From Chlamydiales bacterium (GTDB lineage Bacteria > Chlamydiota > Chlamydiia > Chlamydiales > JAAZZY01): 64,000 nt of DNA. Positions within the stretch are counted from its first letter, which is position 1. Each line of letters opens with the position of its first letter. The DNA lies in assembly GCA_965206695.1 (NCBI GenBank), contig CBDBKM010000013.1, forward strand, positions 96,001 through 160,000. Reading direction: 5' to 3'. Below are positions 1 through 9,488 of the stretch, in pieces. The notes beneath the pieces are model-generated. The model was not told the origin of the DNA. It saw nothing but the letters and a program-made list of their open reading frames with translations, and did not search any database. Position numbers and translations under genes: made by a program.

Positions 1-37
1 GGTTGGCTATTATTGAACTTTAACCCAATTGTAGATC

Positions 38-1360
38 ATGATCGTAATGAAGTTTGGAGGCTCTTCCTTAAAAGATGCTCAGCGTATAAGGCATATAGCT
101 GCATTAATCCAAAAAAATTTACATAAGCATCCTATTGTGGTGGTCTCTGCAATGGGATCCACTACCAACCTATTATTAGACGCCGGACAGTTAGCTTTAG
201 AAGGAGCAGTCGACATCTCATCTATTATTGATTCACACCTAGAAGCTGCTAAGGACCTCGGTATTGAAACGACTCATTTAACAAAACTTTTCGAAGAATT
301 ACATGATCTTATTTTGGGTATCCGATTACTAAAAGAATTATCATCTAAGACACAAGACCAACTCCTGTCTTTTGGTGAAAGATTGTCTATTCTTGTCCTT
401 GCAGCTTACCTAAATCAGGTTAAAGTATCTTCCAAACCCATTCTGGCATTTGATGCCGGCATCATCACTACTTCCGACTTTACCGAAGCTGATATCTTAA
501 AAGAGAGTGAACCACTTATAGTAAATGCCTTCAGTTCACTAAAACAAGATTACTGTTACACGCCTATTGTTACAGGATTTATCGGTAAAGATAAAAAGGG
601 TAATCCTACCACTTTAGGAAGAGGAGGAAGTGACCTTACTGCCGCTATTATTGGTTCTTGCCTCAAAGTAGAAGAAATTCAAGTGTGGAAAGATGTTAAC
701 GGCATTCTGACAACGGACCCAAGAATTGTACCGTCTGCAACACCTGTGCCAATCGTCTCTTTCGAAGAAGCTTCTGAGCTCGCATATTTCGGAGCCAAAG
801 TTCTACATCCCAGAGCAATTTTGCCGGCAATGGGAAAAAATATTCCTGTAAGAGTAAAGAATTCCTATAACCCTGATCATCCGGGTACCGTCATTATCCG
901 AAATGTGGAAAAACAAGATTCTCTAATCACTGCTATTACCCATAAATCTGATGTAACTCTTGTTGATATCGTTTCTACTCGTATGTTAGGACAACATGGT
1001 TTTCTGGCATCGGTCTTCATTGTTTTCAATTCATTGAAAATTTCTGTTGATGTCATCGCAACAAGTGAAGTTAGTATCTCTTTAACAATCGATAAATCAG
1101 AAAAAATCACCCACCTCAATAAAGAATTAGAAAAAATTGCTCACGTCAATATCCAGACAAATAAAGCTCTTATCAGTTTAATCGGAAATGTTGAACGTTC
1201 AACAGAAAGCTTAAAAATGGCTTTTGAACTATTTTATAAGAAAAAAATAGATATTGAAATGATATCGCATGGGGCTTCCAAAGTAAATATCAGCTTTATA
1301 ATAGAACAAACCCATTTAGAAAAAACGATCCGAGATCTTCATCAATTATTTTTTAATTAA
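38..1360 (+). CDS. lysC: aspartate kinase
   Basis: VMKFGGSS, TTLGRGGSD, WKDVNGILTTDPR and ELAYFGAKVLHP motifs; C-terminal ACT domains. Confidence 0.97.
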   Translation: MIVMKFGGSSLKDAQRIRHIAALIQKNLHKHPIVVVSAMGSTTNLLLDAGQLALEGAVDISSIIDSHLEAAKDLGIETTHLTKLFEELHDLILGIRLLKELSSKTQDQLLSFGERLSILVLAAYLNQVKVSSKPILAFDAGIITTSDFTEADILKESEPLIVNAFSSLKQDYCYTPIVTGFIGKDKKGNPTTLGRGGSDLTAAIIGSCLKVEEIQVWKDVNGILTTDPRIVPSATPVPIVSFEEASELAYFGAKVLHPRAILPAMGKNIPVRVKNSYNPDHPGTVIIRNVEKQDSLITAITHKSDVTLVDIVSTRMLGQHGFLASVFIVFNSLKISVDVIATSEVSISLTIDKSEKITHLNKELEKIAHVNIQTNKALISLIGNVERSTESLKMAFELFYKKKIDIEMISHGASKVNISFIIEQTHLEKTIRDLHQLFFN

Positions 1361-1369
1361 GGGGCACAC

Positions 1370-2134
1370 ATGAAATTAGCACTGCTAGGCTATGGTCAAA
1401 TGGGACAAATGATCGAAGAAGTTGCTTTAAAAAGAAAACATACTATCATCGCAGCTGTTGATATGCATAACCCCAATGCCTCACATAAACAAATTTCCGA
1501 AGAAATTATTAAAGATGCTGATGTATGTATTGATTTCACTCTTCCTGATTCTATTATCGGCAACATAAAAAAAGCGGCTGATTTTGGTAAAAATATTGTG
1601 GTTGGAACAACCGGCTGGTATGATCAAATCGATGAAGTTAAAGCGTACATCGAAAAGAAACAGACGGGTTTAATCTACGCGCCTAACTTTTCTTTGGGTG
1701 TACATATCTTTTGCAGAATTTTAGAGTACGGAGCTAAATTGTTTAACTTCTTTGAAGAATATGATGTCGCCGGAATTGAATATCATCATTCGCAAAAGGC
1801 GGAAAGCCCATCAGGCACAGCAAGAGCCTTAGCGGATATTATTACCACTTCCATTGATAGAAAGACACAACCTATTTTTGATAAAGTTGATCGCAAAATT
1901 AATGAAAATGAATTACACTTTTCAACTATTCGATGTGGTCACATGCCCGGTACTCATACCATCCAATTTGATTCAGAATCCGATACTATTACGTTGAGTC
2001 ATCAAGCCAGAAACCGCAAAGGTTTTGCTTTGGGTGCTGTTTATGCCGCTGAATGGATTATGGGTAAACACGGCTTCTATGACCTAAGTTCACTTATTGA
2101 ATACTTAACAGAACAAATGGGAGATCTTAAATGA
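1370..2134 (+). CDS. dapB: 4-hydroxy-tetrahydrodipicolinate reductase
   Basis: GYGQMG, VVGTTGW, APNFSLG and EYHHSQKAESPSGTA motifs; operon context. Confidence 0.96.
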   Translation: MKLALLGYGQMGQMIEEVALKRKHTIIAAVDMHNPNASHKQISEEIIKDADVCIDFTLPDSIIGNIKKAADFGKNIVVGTTGWYDQIDEVKAYIEKKQTGLIYAPNFSLGVHIFCRILEYGAKLFNFFEEYDVAGIEYHHSQKAESPSGTARALADIITTSIDRKTQPIFDKVDRKINENELHFSTIRCGHMPGTHTIQFDSESDTITLSHQARNRKGFALGAVYAAEWIMGKHGFYDLSSLIEYLTEQMGDLK

Positions 2135-3018
2135 AGTTATCGGGAGTACATACCGCATTAATCACCCCATTCAATGAAGATGAATCTGTCAGTTATGAGG
2201 GGCTAAAACAAAATATTTTATATCAGATTAATAGCGGGGTTGAAGGGATCTTAGCTCTTGGCACGACAGGAGAGAGCCCTACCTTAACTGATGAAGAAAA
2301 AGAAAATATTATTAAAGCTTCAGTTGAAATTGCTAAAGATAAAGTTCATATCATGGTAGGAACGGGAACAAACTCTACTGCTACTACGATTAAAAACACT
2401 CAAACGGCTCAATCTTTAAATGCTGATAGTGCACTTGTCGTCACTCCCTACTATAATAAACCGTCGCAAGAAGGAATTTATCGCCATTTCAAAAGTGTTA
2501 TAGACAATACCGATATACCTATCATGATTTATAACATTCCCGGCAGATGTGTAAAAAATATTGAAACTGAGACATTACAACGAATAGCTCAACTACCTCG
2601 AGTCCTTGGCGTAAAAGAAGCTTCCGGCATCATGGAACAAATCAGTGATGTTGTAATGCAAATTTCTCTTAATCAACCTGACTTTAGTCTTATGAGCGGT
2701 GATGATGCCTTAACACTCCCTGTCATGTCACTAGGTGGTAATGGTGTTATCTCAGTTGTGAGTAATTTAGTTCCAAGTCAACTTATCGCCCTTATAAAGG
2801 CCGTAGAGGCATCAAACCTTAAAGAAGCTCAAAGCCATTACCGCTACCTTGAACCGATCTTTAAAGCTGCTTTTATAGATTCAAATCCTCAACCGATCAA
2901 AGCTGCCATGCAAATGTGTTCAATGCCTTCAGGACCTTGTCGATCGCCTTTATGTGATTTGTCACCAAATAATTTGGAATATATCGAAGACACGTTAAAA
3001 CAAATGAAGCTTATCTAA
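2131..3018 (+). CDS. dapA: 4-hydroxy-tetrahydrodipicolinate synthase
   Basis: TALITPF, GTTGES, PYYNKP, YNIPGR and GVKEASG motifs. Confidence 0.97.
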   Translation: MKLSGVHTALITPFNEDESVSYEGLKQNILYQINSGVEGILALGTTGESPTLTDEEKENIIKASVEIAKDKVHIMVGTGTNSTATTIKNTQTAQSLNADSALVVTPYYNKPSQEGIYRHFKSVIDNTDIPIMIYNIPGRCVKNIETETLQRIAQLPRVLGVKEASGIMEQISDVVMQISLNQPDFSLMSGDDALTLPVMSLGGNGVISVVSNLVPSQLIALIKAVEASNLKEAQSHYRYLEPIFKAAFIDSNPQPIKAAMQMCSMPSGPCRSPLCDLSPNNLEYIEDTLKQMKLI

Positions 3019-3034
3019 AGAAATTAAGGAAGAG

Positions 3035-4111
3035 ATGATGAAAAGGATAAGAGTAGGTATTTTAGGAGCGACCGGAATGGTAGGCCAAAATTATATTTCA
3101 TTACTTCAAAATCACCCGTGGTTTGATGTCTCATTTTTAGCAGCATCGAAAAATTCTAGCGGTATGCCTTATTATGAAGCGGTAAACAATCGTTGGCGTA
3201 TGGAAAAACCTATTCCTGATACCATCAAAGATTTACCGGTTCATGATTTAGAATCTGTAGCAACGGCTAAAGCGAATTGTCAAATGGTCTTTTCTGCCTT
3301 AGGAGGAGAAAAAATCGATTGGCATGAAGAAAATTATGCTAAACATGATCTGCCTGTTATAAGCAATGCCTCAGCTCATAGAATGACAAGCGATGTCCCT
3401 CTTATTATCCCGGAAGTGAATCATCATCACCTTGACATAATACCCTTCCAACAAAAAAATAGAGGTTGGAATAAAGGTTTTATTGTCGTAAAACCAAATT
3501 GCTCGCTTCAATGTTATATGATCCCCCTTTATCCGCTACACCAAAAGTTTATCATTGAGAAGGTTATCATAACCACTATGCAAGCTATAAGTGGCGCCGG
3601 CTATCCGGGAGTGTCTTCTTTAGATATACTAGACAATGTAATTCCCTATATACCCGGTGAAGAAGAAAAAAGTGAGAAAGAGCTTCAGAAGATTTTAGGT
3701 TCCATTGACTCCAATCAATTCATTCCCTATCTCGATATTGATATATCTACCCACTGCAATCGAGTACCTGTCATCGATGGTCACCTAGCCTGTATTTCGG
3801 TGAAATTTAAACAAAAACCTTATCTAGATGAAATTCTTGATATTTGGCAAGCTTTTATAGGCCTTCCACAAGAGTTAAAGCTTCCTATGGCACCTAAACA
3901 TCCGGTTACCTATTCTCCCGAAGTTAATCGACCTCAACCGCGCTTGGATAGAGATAATGATAAAGGGATGGCAATCACAGTAGGTAGATTGCGCACTTGC
4001 CCTGTTTTCGACTTCCGTTTTGTAGGACTTGCCCATAATACTATTCGAGGGGCTGCGGGTGGCGGAATATTAAATGCTGAACTGCTCGTTGCAAAACACT
4101 ACATTAAATAG
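3035..4111 (+). CDS. asd: aspartate-semialdehyde dehydrogenase
   Basis: GILGATGMVGQ, KPNCS (catalytic Cys), QAISGAG, CNRVPVIDGH and HNTIRGAAGG motifs. Confidence 0.97.
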   Translation: MMKRIRVGILGATGMVGQNYISLLQNHPWFDVSFLAASKNSSGMPYYEAVNNRWRMEKPIPDTIKDLPVHDLESVATAKANCQMVFSALGGEKIDWHEENYAKHDLPVISNASAHRMTSDVPLIIPEVNHHHLDIIPFQQKNRGWNKGFIVVKPNCSLQCYMIPLYPLHQKFIIEKVIITTMQAISGAGYPGVSSLDILDNVIPYIPGEEEKSEKELQKILGSIDSNQFIPYLDIDISTHCNRVPVIDGHLACISVKFKQKPYLDEILDIWQAFIGLPQELKLPMAPKHPVTYSPEVNRPQPRLDRDNDKGMAITVGRLRTCPVFDFRFVGLAHNTIRGAAGGGILNAELLVAKHYIK

Positions 4112-4120
4112 GCTTCAATT

Positions 4121-5407
4121 ATGACAGTATGGAAATCCGTTCAAGAACTTCAAAATAAAAATGGCATCCTCTATTTTGATGGTTGTAATGTTTTGGATTT
4201 AGCAAATGATTACTCAACTCCCCTGTATGTTTACAGCAAAAATAGAATCAGAAAAAATTACCAACGCCTTTTCAAGGCTTACAAGAAGTATTATCCAAAA
4301 TTCGAAATCTACTATGCTGTTAAATGTAATAATAATCCTGCCATTGTCAATATCTTAGCTACTGAAGGAGCCGGAGCTGATAGCTCTTGTCCGGAAGAAA
4401 TTGAAATAGCAAAATTATCTCATATAAATGAGAAAAAAATTCTATATTCCGGCGTCTATAATTCAGATAAAGATTTGCAATATGCAGTTGATATGTCTGC
4501 CGGACTTAATTTAGAAGATATTAGTCAACTTGAAAGATTAGCTCAACTCAAGATCCCTGAATTTTTATGTTTTAGAATCAACCCCGGGATGGGACATTCC
4601 GGTACTGAAGGTCTTATTTTCGCAGGTCCCGATGCTAAGTTTGGTATTAGTGAAAAAGATGTAAAAAAAGCTTATAAAATAGCTAAGTCCTACGGAGTAA
4701 AAAAATTCGGCATTCATATGATGACCGGTTCTAATATTTTAGCTCCTGATTATTTTGAAGCGGTCGTTGGTAAGCTCTTAGATATCGCGGGCCCCGTTTC
4801 TCAAGAATTGGGCATTACTTTTGAGTTTATTGATATTGGAGGATCTTTAGGTATTCCTTATTTGCCTGAAGAAAAAGAACTGGACATTGACGCTGTAGCA
4901 TCTTCTGTCGTTAAAATTTTAAAAGAAAAACTCAAACAATATAGCATGGGTGAGCCGACCTTGATTCATGAACCCGGAAGATACTTGTTAGGAGATGCCG
5001 GTATGCTCCTTACAACAGTCTCTTCTATCAAAGAAGCAGAAAAAACATTTATTGGTGTTGATGCAGGCATGAACACACTTTTAAGACCTGCATTGTATGA
5101 CGCATACCATCACATTCTTTATGCAAATGATTTAAATGCCTCTTCTGATAAACTTTTCAATGTCGTTGGTCCTATTTGTGAAAATACGGATCAATTTGCT
5201 AAAGAAAGGTTGCTTCCAAATGAAATTAAAGCGGGCGATGTGCTGGCCTTTTTAAATACCGGAGCCTACGGCTTTTGCATGAGTTCTCAATATAACTCCA
5301 AGCCTCAATGCGCCGAAATACTTGTAAACAATGGACATGCCGTCCTCATCAGAAAGCCGCAAACTTTCCAAGACCTTATTAAAGGAACCTACATTCCCGG
5401 TACATAA
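4121..5407 (+). CDS. lysA: diaminopimelate decarboxylase
   Basis: TPLYVY, YAVKCN (PLP Lys), KFG, DIGG, EPGRYL, GPICENTD and GAYGFCMSSQYN motifs. Confidence 0.95.
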   Translation: MTVWKSVQELQNKNGILYFDGCNVLDLANDYSTPLYVYSKNRIRKNYQRLFKAYKKYYPKFEIYYAVKCNNNPAIVNILATEGAGADSSCPEEIEIAKLSHINEKKILYSGVYNSDKDLQYAVDMSAGLNLEDISQLERLAQLKIPEFLCFRINPGMGHSGTEGLIFAGPDAKFGISEKDVKKAYKIAKSYGVKKFGIHMMTGSNILAPDYFEAVVGKLLDIAGPVSQELGITFEFIDIGGSLGIPYLPEEKELDIDAVASSVVKILKEKLKQYSMGEPTLIHEPGRYLLGDAGMLLTTVSSIKEAEKTFIGVDAGMNTLLRPALYDAYHHILYANDLNASSDKLFNVVGPICENTDQFAKERLLPNEIKAGDVLAFLNTGAYGFCMSSQYNSKPQCAEILVNNGHAVLIRKPQTFQDLIKGTYIPGT

Positions 5408-5424
5408 GAAATAAAATAATAATT

Positions 5425-6636
5425 ATGGTTCAAAGAAATAAAAACATCGCGAAGTTATCTCAAGGATACTTATTTCCCGAAATTGCAAAAAGAAAAGCTC
5501 TTTTTGTAAAAGAAAACCCCCATGCAACAATCATTAGTTTAGGTATAGGTGATACGACAGAACCCATTCCTCATTATATCAGTCAACGTTTGCAAGATGC
5601 GGCAAAATCTTTAGGAACCTTAGAAGGCTATAGTGGTTATGGTTTAGAGCAAGGTTTTAAACCCCTTCGAAAAAGTATTGCAAATGTGTTCTATCATAAT
5701 CGTGTTGATATTGATGAGATTTTTATTAATGATGGAGCCAAATGTGATTTAGGACGTCTTCAAGCTTTTTTTGGATCAGAGGTGCGCGTTGCAATTCAGG
5801 ATCCTGCCTACCCTGTTTATGTAGACGGTAGTGTCATTGCAGCGCAAACAGGTCATTATAATCCCAAACTTTCTCATTACCATAATATTACTTATATGCC
5901 CTGTACACCGGAAAATGGCTTCTTTCCTGACTTAAGCACATTACCTGCTGCCGATCTGATCTATTTCTGTTCACCGAACAACCCGACCGGAGTGGTAGCT
6001 ACAAAGGAACAATTAAAAAAACTCGTTGATTTTGCTATTGCCAACGATTCCTTTATCATTTTCGATGCTGCGTACGCTTCCTACATTCAAGATCCGGAAC
6101 TACCTCGTTCTATCTATGAAGTAGAAGGGGCTAAAACGGTTGCTATAGAAGTTAATTCCTTTTCTAAAATGGCAGGCTTTACAGGTGTTCGGCTTGGCTG
6201 GACTGTGATACCAAATGAGCTCTGTTTTCAAACCGGAGAGTCGGTAAAAAAAGATTGGATTCGTTATATAACCACTATTTTTAATGGGGCTTCCAATATC
6301 ATCCAAGCAGGAGGCATTGCTTGTTTAGAAGATGAGGGAATGAAGGAAATTAAATCTTTAATCTCTTTCTATATGGAAAATGCAAACATTTTAAAAAATA
6401 CGTTGGATGGATTGGGATATAAAACTTTTTCAGGTAGCAATACCCCCTATATTTGGGCTGATTTAGGAAGCGGTAATTCCTGGGAATCCTTCGACCTTCT
6501 ACTAAATAAAGCTCATATCATTTCAACTCCGGGATCAGGATTTGGGCCTAGCGGGGAAGGATTTATTCGCTTAAGTGCTTTTGGCCACCGAAATCATATC
6601 GAAGAAGCAGCTAAAAGGCTCGATGAACACCTCTAA
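5425..6636 (+). CDS. dapL: LL-diaminopimelate aminotransferase
   Basis: YLFPEI, ISLGIGDTTEP, DGAKCD, CSPNNPTG and SFSKMAGFTGVRLGW motifs. Confidence 0.97.
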   Translation: MVQRNKNIAKLSQGYLFPEIAKRKALFVKENPHATIISLGIGDTTEPIPHYISQRLQDAAKSLGTLEGYSGYGLEQGFKPLRKSIANVFYHNRVDIDEIFINDGAKCDLGRLQAFFGSEVRVAIQDPAYPVYVDGSVIAAQTGHYNPKLSHYHNITYMPCTPENGFFPDLSTLPAADLIYFCSPNNPTGVVATKEQLKKLVDFAIANDSFIIFDAAYASYIQDPELPRSIYEVEGAKTVAIEVNSFSKMAGFTGVRLGWTVIPNELCFQTGESVKKDWIRYITTIFNGASNIIQAGGIACLEDEGMKEIKSLISFYMENANILKNTLDGLGYKTFSGSNTPYIWADLGSGNSWESFDLLLNKAHIISTPGSGFGPSGEGFIRLSAFGHRNHIEEAAKRLDEHL

Positions 6637-7573
6637 ATTATTCGAAGAAGCCTTTAACTTCGTAGAAGTTTTTGTCTTCTACATATAGCTTCTTTTGATC
6701 TTTATTCTTGCGCCTTTTTCTAAGTCGTTGTTTCATTTTTTGATACCCTTTCTTGATTTGCTCTAGTTTCCATCGTTTTTTCATTATTTAACTCTTTAAA
6801 AGACAATATTTAGGCTATTCCTAATAATTATAAAATATAAACTTCTGTTGCACCATTTTATTTAAATAAAATACTTGATATTTAAAGTAAATTTTAAAAA
6901 ATTAATAAAAAAAAACTGTATTATGAAATTCCAAACCTTTGCCTTCATCTTTCTATCCCCTCGCTTTGATGAAAAATCAAAGTCGATTACAATAAGGAAA
7001 AAATGGATATCGATACTATCGTGAATTAAATTTTGTTTTTCATTATGATGATGTATCATGCACGAATGACTTATCTTACTTGATTTAAGAAAAAAAACCT
7101 TTTTTGTAAGTTTCCGTAAAAAACCTAAAATTTGATCCTTACAATCATTAAATTGTTCATAATCAGGAGTTTCGCGCTACAGAAATGCGTTATTAAAATA
7201 ATTTTTTAAGGAACATCGATTAATATGATTTTTTTAGAGAGCCGGGCTTAGAAAAGAAGGATTTGGTACTTAACAAGATTTTCTTGGCCAAATATTAGAC
7301 TTCTTTCGAAATGCATCATATGAGTTCCAAATGATAGATTCCCGCAATAAGGTTGAATGAGACTCTCAAATGCCTTCTAATCAATAACCTTATTTATTTC
7401 ATTCAAAAACTTTTCCGATCTCAGTGTTTTTTTACGTATAGAAAAAGATAGACGACTTAATAGACATGGTTAAATTCCTTTAAAAAAAAGATTTTAACCT
7501 ACCAAACTATTTTTAAACACTTAATTCAGATGGTCCTTAAAACTCCTTTAATTAATAATTTTTTTTAAAGTTA

Positions 7574-7880
7574 AATGTCGGTAAGACAACCATCTGCTTA
7601 AGTATTATTAGCGGTCTAAAAAAATGCTATAACACAGTCGGATTTATCAAACCTATTGGACAACGACATGAAAGACTTCCCGATGGCCGGCATGTCGATA
7701 AAGATGCTGTGCTCTTCAAAGAACACTTTAAACTTTTAAGTGACTATAAAGATATGAACCCGATTCTGTTTCCTTAGGGTTTTACTAAAAACTACTTGGA
7801 TTATAATGGTACAAAAGAAGAATACGATGATCGTAAATTCACCCAATCCATTCAACACTCTTTTGATAAAATCTATGAAG
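7574..7880 (+). pseudogene. fragment of a BioD/Pta N-terminal-like (AAA_26-type) ATPase
   Basis: Hand translation NVGKTTICLSIISGLKKCYNTVGFIKPIGQRH...HVDKDAVLFKEHF...MNPILFP*GFTKNYLD; no start codon, internal TAG, truncated at a GC-rich hairpin. Confidence 0.75.
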
Positions 7881-8235
7881 ACTGCACGGATGCAGTCGAC
7901 TCGCGAGGTGACGGTGGCGAAGCAGAGGAACGAAAAGCGCGTTAATTATTGACGGCGGTGGTGCTTGGACGGTATACTAGTTGATTAAAATAAAGAGTTT
8001 ATGATGAAAGCTGTCAAGTTAAGATTCTATCCAATCCTCAAACAAAGAAGGCAATTGGCCTATGAGTTTGGTTGTTCTAAATTTGTATATAACCGGGCTT
8101 TAAACCGAAGAAGCACCTTAATACAAAGAAGAGAAAAAATCGATTAATTAGATTGGTCTTAGTAGAGAGTTAACACAACTAAAAAAAGAGAAGCTATTCT
8201 TAAAAAATGTATCTACTACAAATTTGTGTAATACC
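7880..8235 (+). mobile_element. tnpB: IS200/IS605-family remnant: putative left end plus frameshifted tnpB 5' part
   Basis: From 8001 MMKAVKLRFYP, then across frameshifts KQRRQLAYEFGCSKFVYNRAL and LSRELTQLKKEKLFLKNV (TnpB N-terminal HTH region); hairpin GACTGCA-CGGA-TGCAGTC at 7880-7897. Confidence 0.75.
7949..7978 (+). promoter_or_regulatory. putative sigma70-type promoter upstream of the tnpB remnant
   Basis: TTGACG-18 bp-TATACT, 22 bp before the ATG at 8001. Confidence 0.45.
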
Positions 8236-8378
8236 CTTAAGGCTTTGAAAAGATGGAAAACGGTATCATTTTAACAGGCAAAGATCCGTAATGAAGATAC
8301 TCACAAGGTAAAAAAAGCCATTAGCCTTGTAGAAGATAATATTGATTATGACCGGTTATGTCATTAGGAGAAATTTTT

Positions 8379-9488
8379 ATGTCACCATCATCTACCCTCT
8401 TATCAAAAGAGGCTGTAAAACAAAAAGTTGTTATTGCTATGTCCGGAGGTGTAGACTCTTCTGTTTGTGCCTCTTTAATGAAAAAAGCCGGGTATGAATG
8501 TGTTGGCATGACCATGCGTCTTTGGTCGGGAAAAGAGAAGAATACTGCTCAAAGTTGCTGTGGAGCAGAATCGCTAGATGATGCACGACTTGTAGCAGAC
8601 AATTTGGATATTCCCTATTATGCTATTAATTTTCAGAAGGATTTTTGGGAAAAAGTGATCAAAGTTTTTGCTGATGAATATTTTGCCGGCAGAACGCCAA
8701 GTCCTTGTATACTTTGTAATGAGAAGCTCAAATTTGATACCTTATATCAAAAAGCTATTGCTATTGGCGCTACTAAAGTCTGTACCGGCCACTATGCACG
8801 GGTTCTTTTTAATGAAAAGACAAAGCGTTGGAATTTATTAAAAGGGAAAGATCTAAAAAAGGATCAATCTTATTTTCTTTTTAGCATGACTCAAGATCAG
8901 CTATCAAAAACTCTTTTTCCTTTAGGATCGTATACTAAGAATCATATCCGACAGTTAGCTGCTGAAGACGGTTTAGTCACTGCTAATAAACCTGAGAGTA
9001 TGGATATTTGTTTCATTCCTAATGGGGATTATGCCGCATTCTTAAAAAAACACTTTCCCGATAGACTCCCTGAAGAGGGAAAGATCAAACATATCGATGG
9101 TACAAACTTAGGTAAGCATCAAGGAATCCATTCTGTAACAGTAGGTCAACGAAAAGGTCTGGGAATCGCTTTTGGAAAACCTCTTTATGTTACGGGTATT
9201 GATGCAGCGACAAAAGAAGTCACCGTAGCGGAAAGAGAGCATACATATAATACGGAATGTCTGATTAAGGGTATGAATTGGATTATGGAAGAACCCAATA
9301 TAGGTGATACTTATCACCTCCTTGTCAAAATACGAGCTAGAAGCGAGGCGGCACCCGGCACTATTACAGTTCTAACGGATAAAAAAGCTCGGATTGTTTT
9401 TGATCAACCCCAATATGCTATTGCTCCGGGACAAGCGGCTGTTATTTATGATAATGACTCTGTCTTTGCCGGCGGTTGGATAGAATAA
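8379..9488 (+). CDS. mnmA: tRNA 2-thiouridylase
   Basis: AMSGGVDSS, GRTPSPCILCN, TGHYAR, KDQSYFL, ESMDICF, GQRKGLG and APGQAAV motifs; AGGAG precedes the ATG at 8379. Confidence 0.97.
   Translation: MSPSSTLLSKEAVKQKVVIAMSGGVDSSVCASLMKKAGYECVGMTMRLWSGKEKNTAQSCCGAESLDDARLVADNLDIPYYAINFQKDFWEKVIKVFADEYFAGRTPSPCILCNEKLKFDTLYQKAIAIGATKVCTGHYARVLFNEKTKRWNLLKGKDLKKDQSYFLFSMTQDQLSKTLFPLGSYTKNHIRQLAAEDGLVTANKPESMDICFIPNGDYAAFLKKHFPDRLPEEGKIKHIDGTNLGKHQGIHSVTVGQRKGLGIAFGKPLYVTGIDAATKEVTVAEREHTYNTECLIKGMNWIMEEPNIGDTYHLLVKIRARSEAAPGTITVLTDKKARIVFDQPQYAIAPGQAAVIYDNDSVFAGGWIE

Noticed and set aside
1..37. Lysine riboswitch or leader for the lysC operon
   Set aside because: Only 37 bp of upstream sequence is in the window, so it cannot be assessed.
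6862..7059. 65-aa ORF, and similar short AT-rich ORFs such as 45304-45495
   Set aside because: Phe/Ile/Lys-rich translation typical of AT-rich intergenic DNA; no motif or clear ribosome-binding site.
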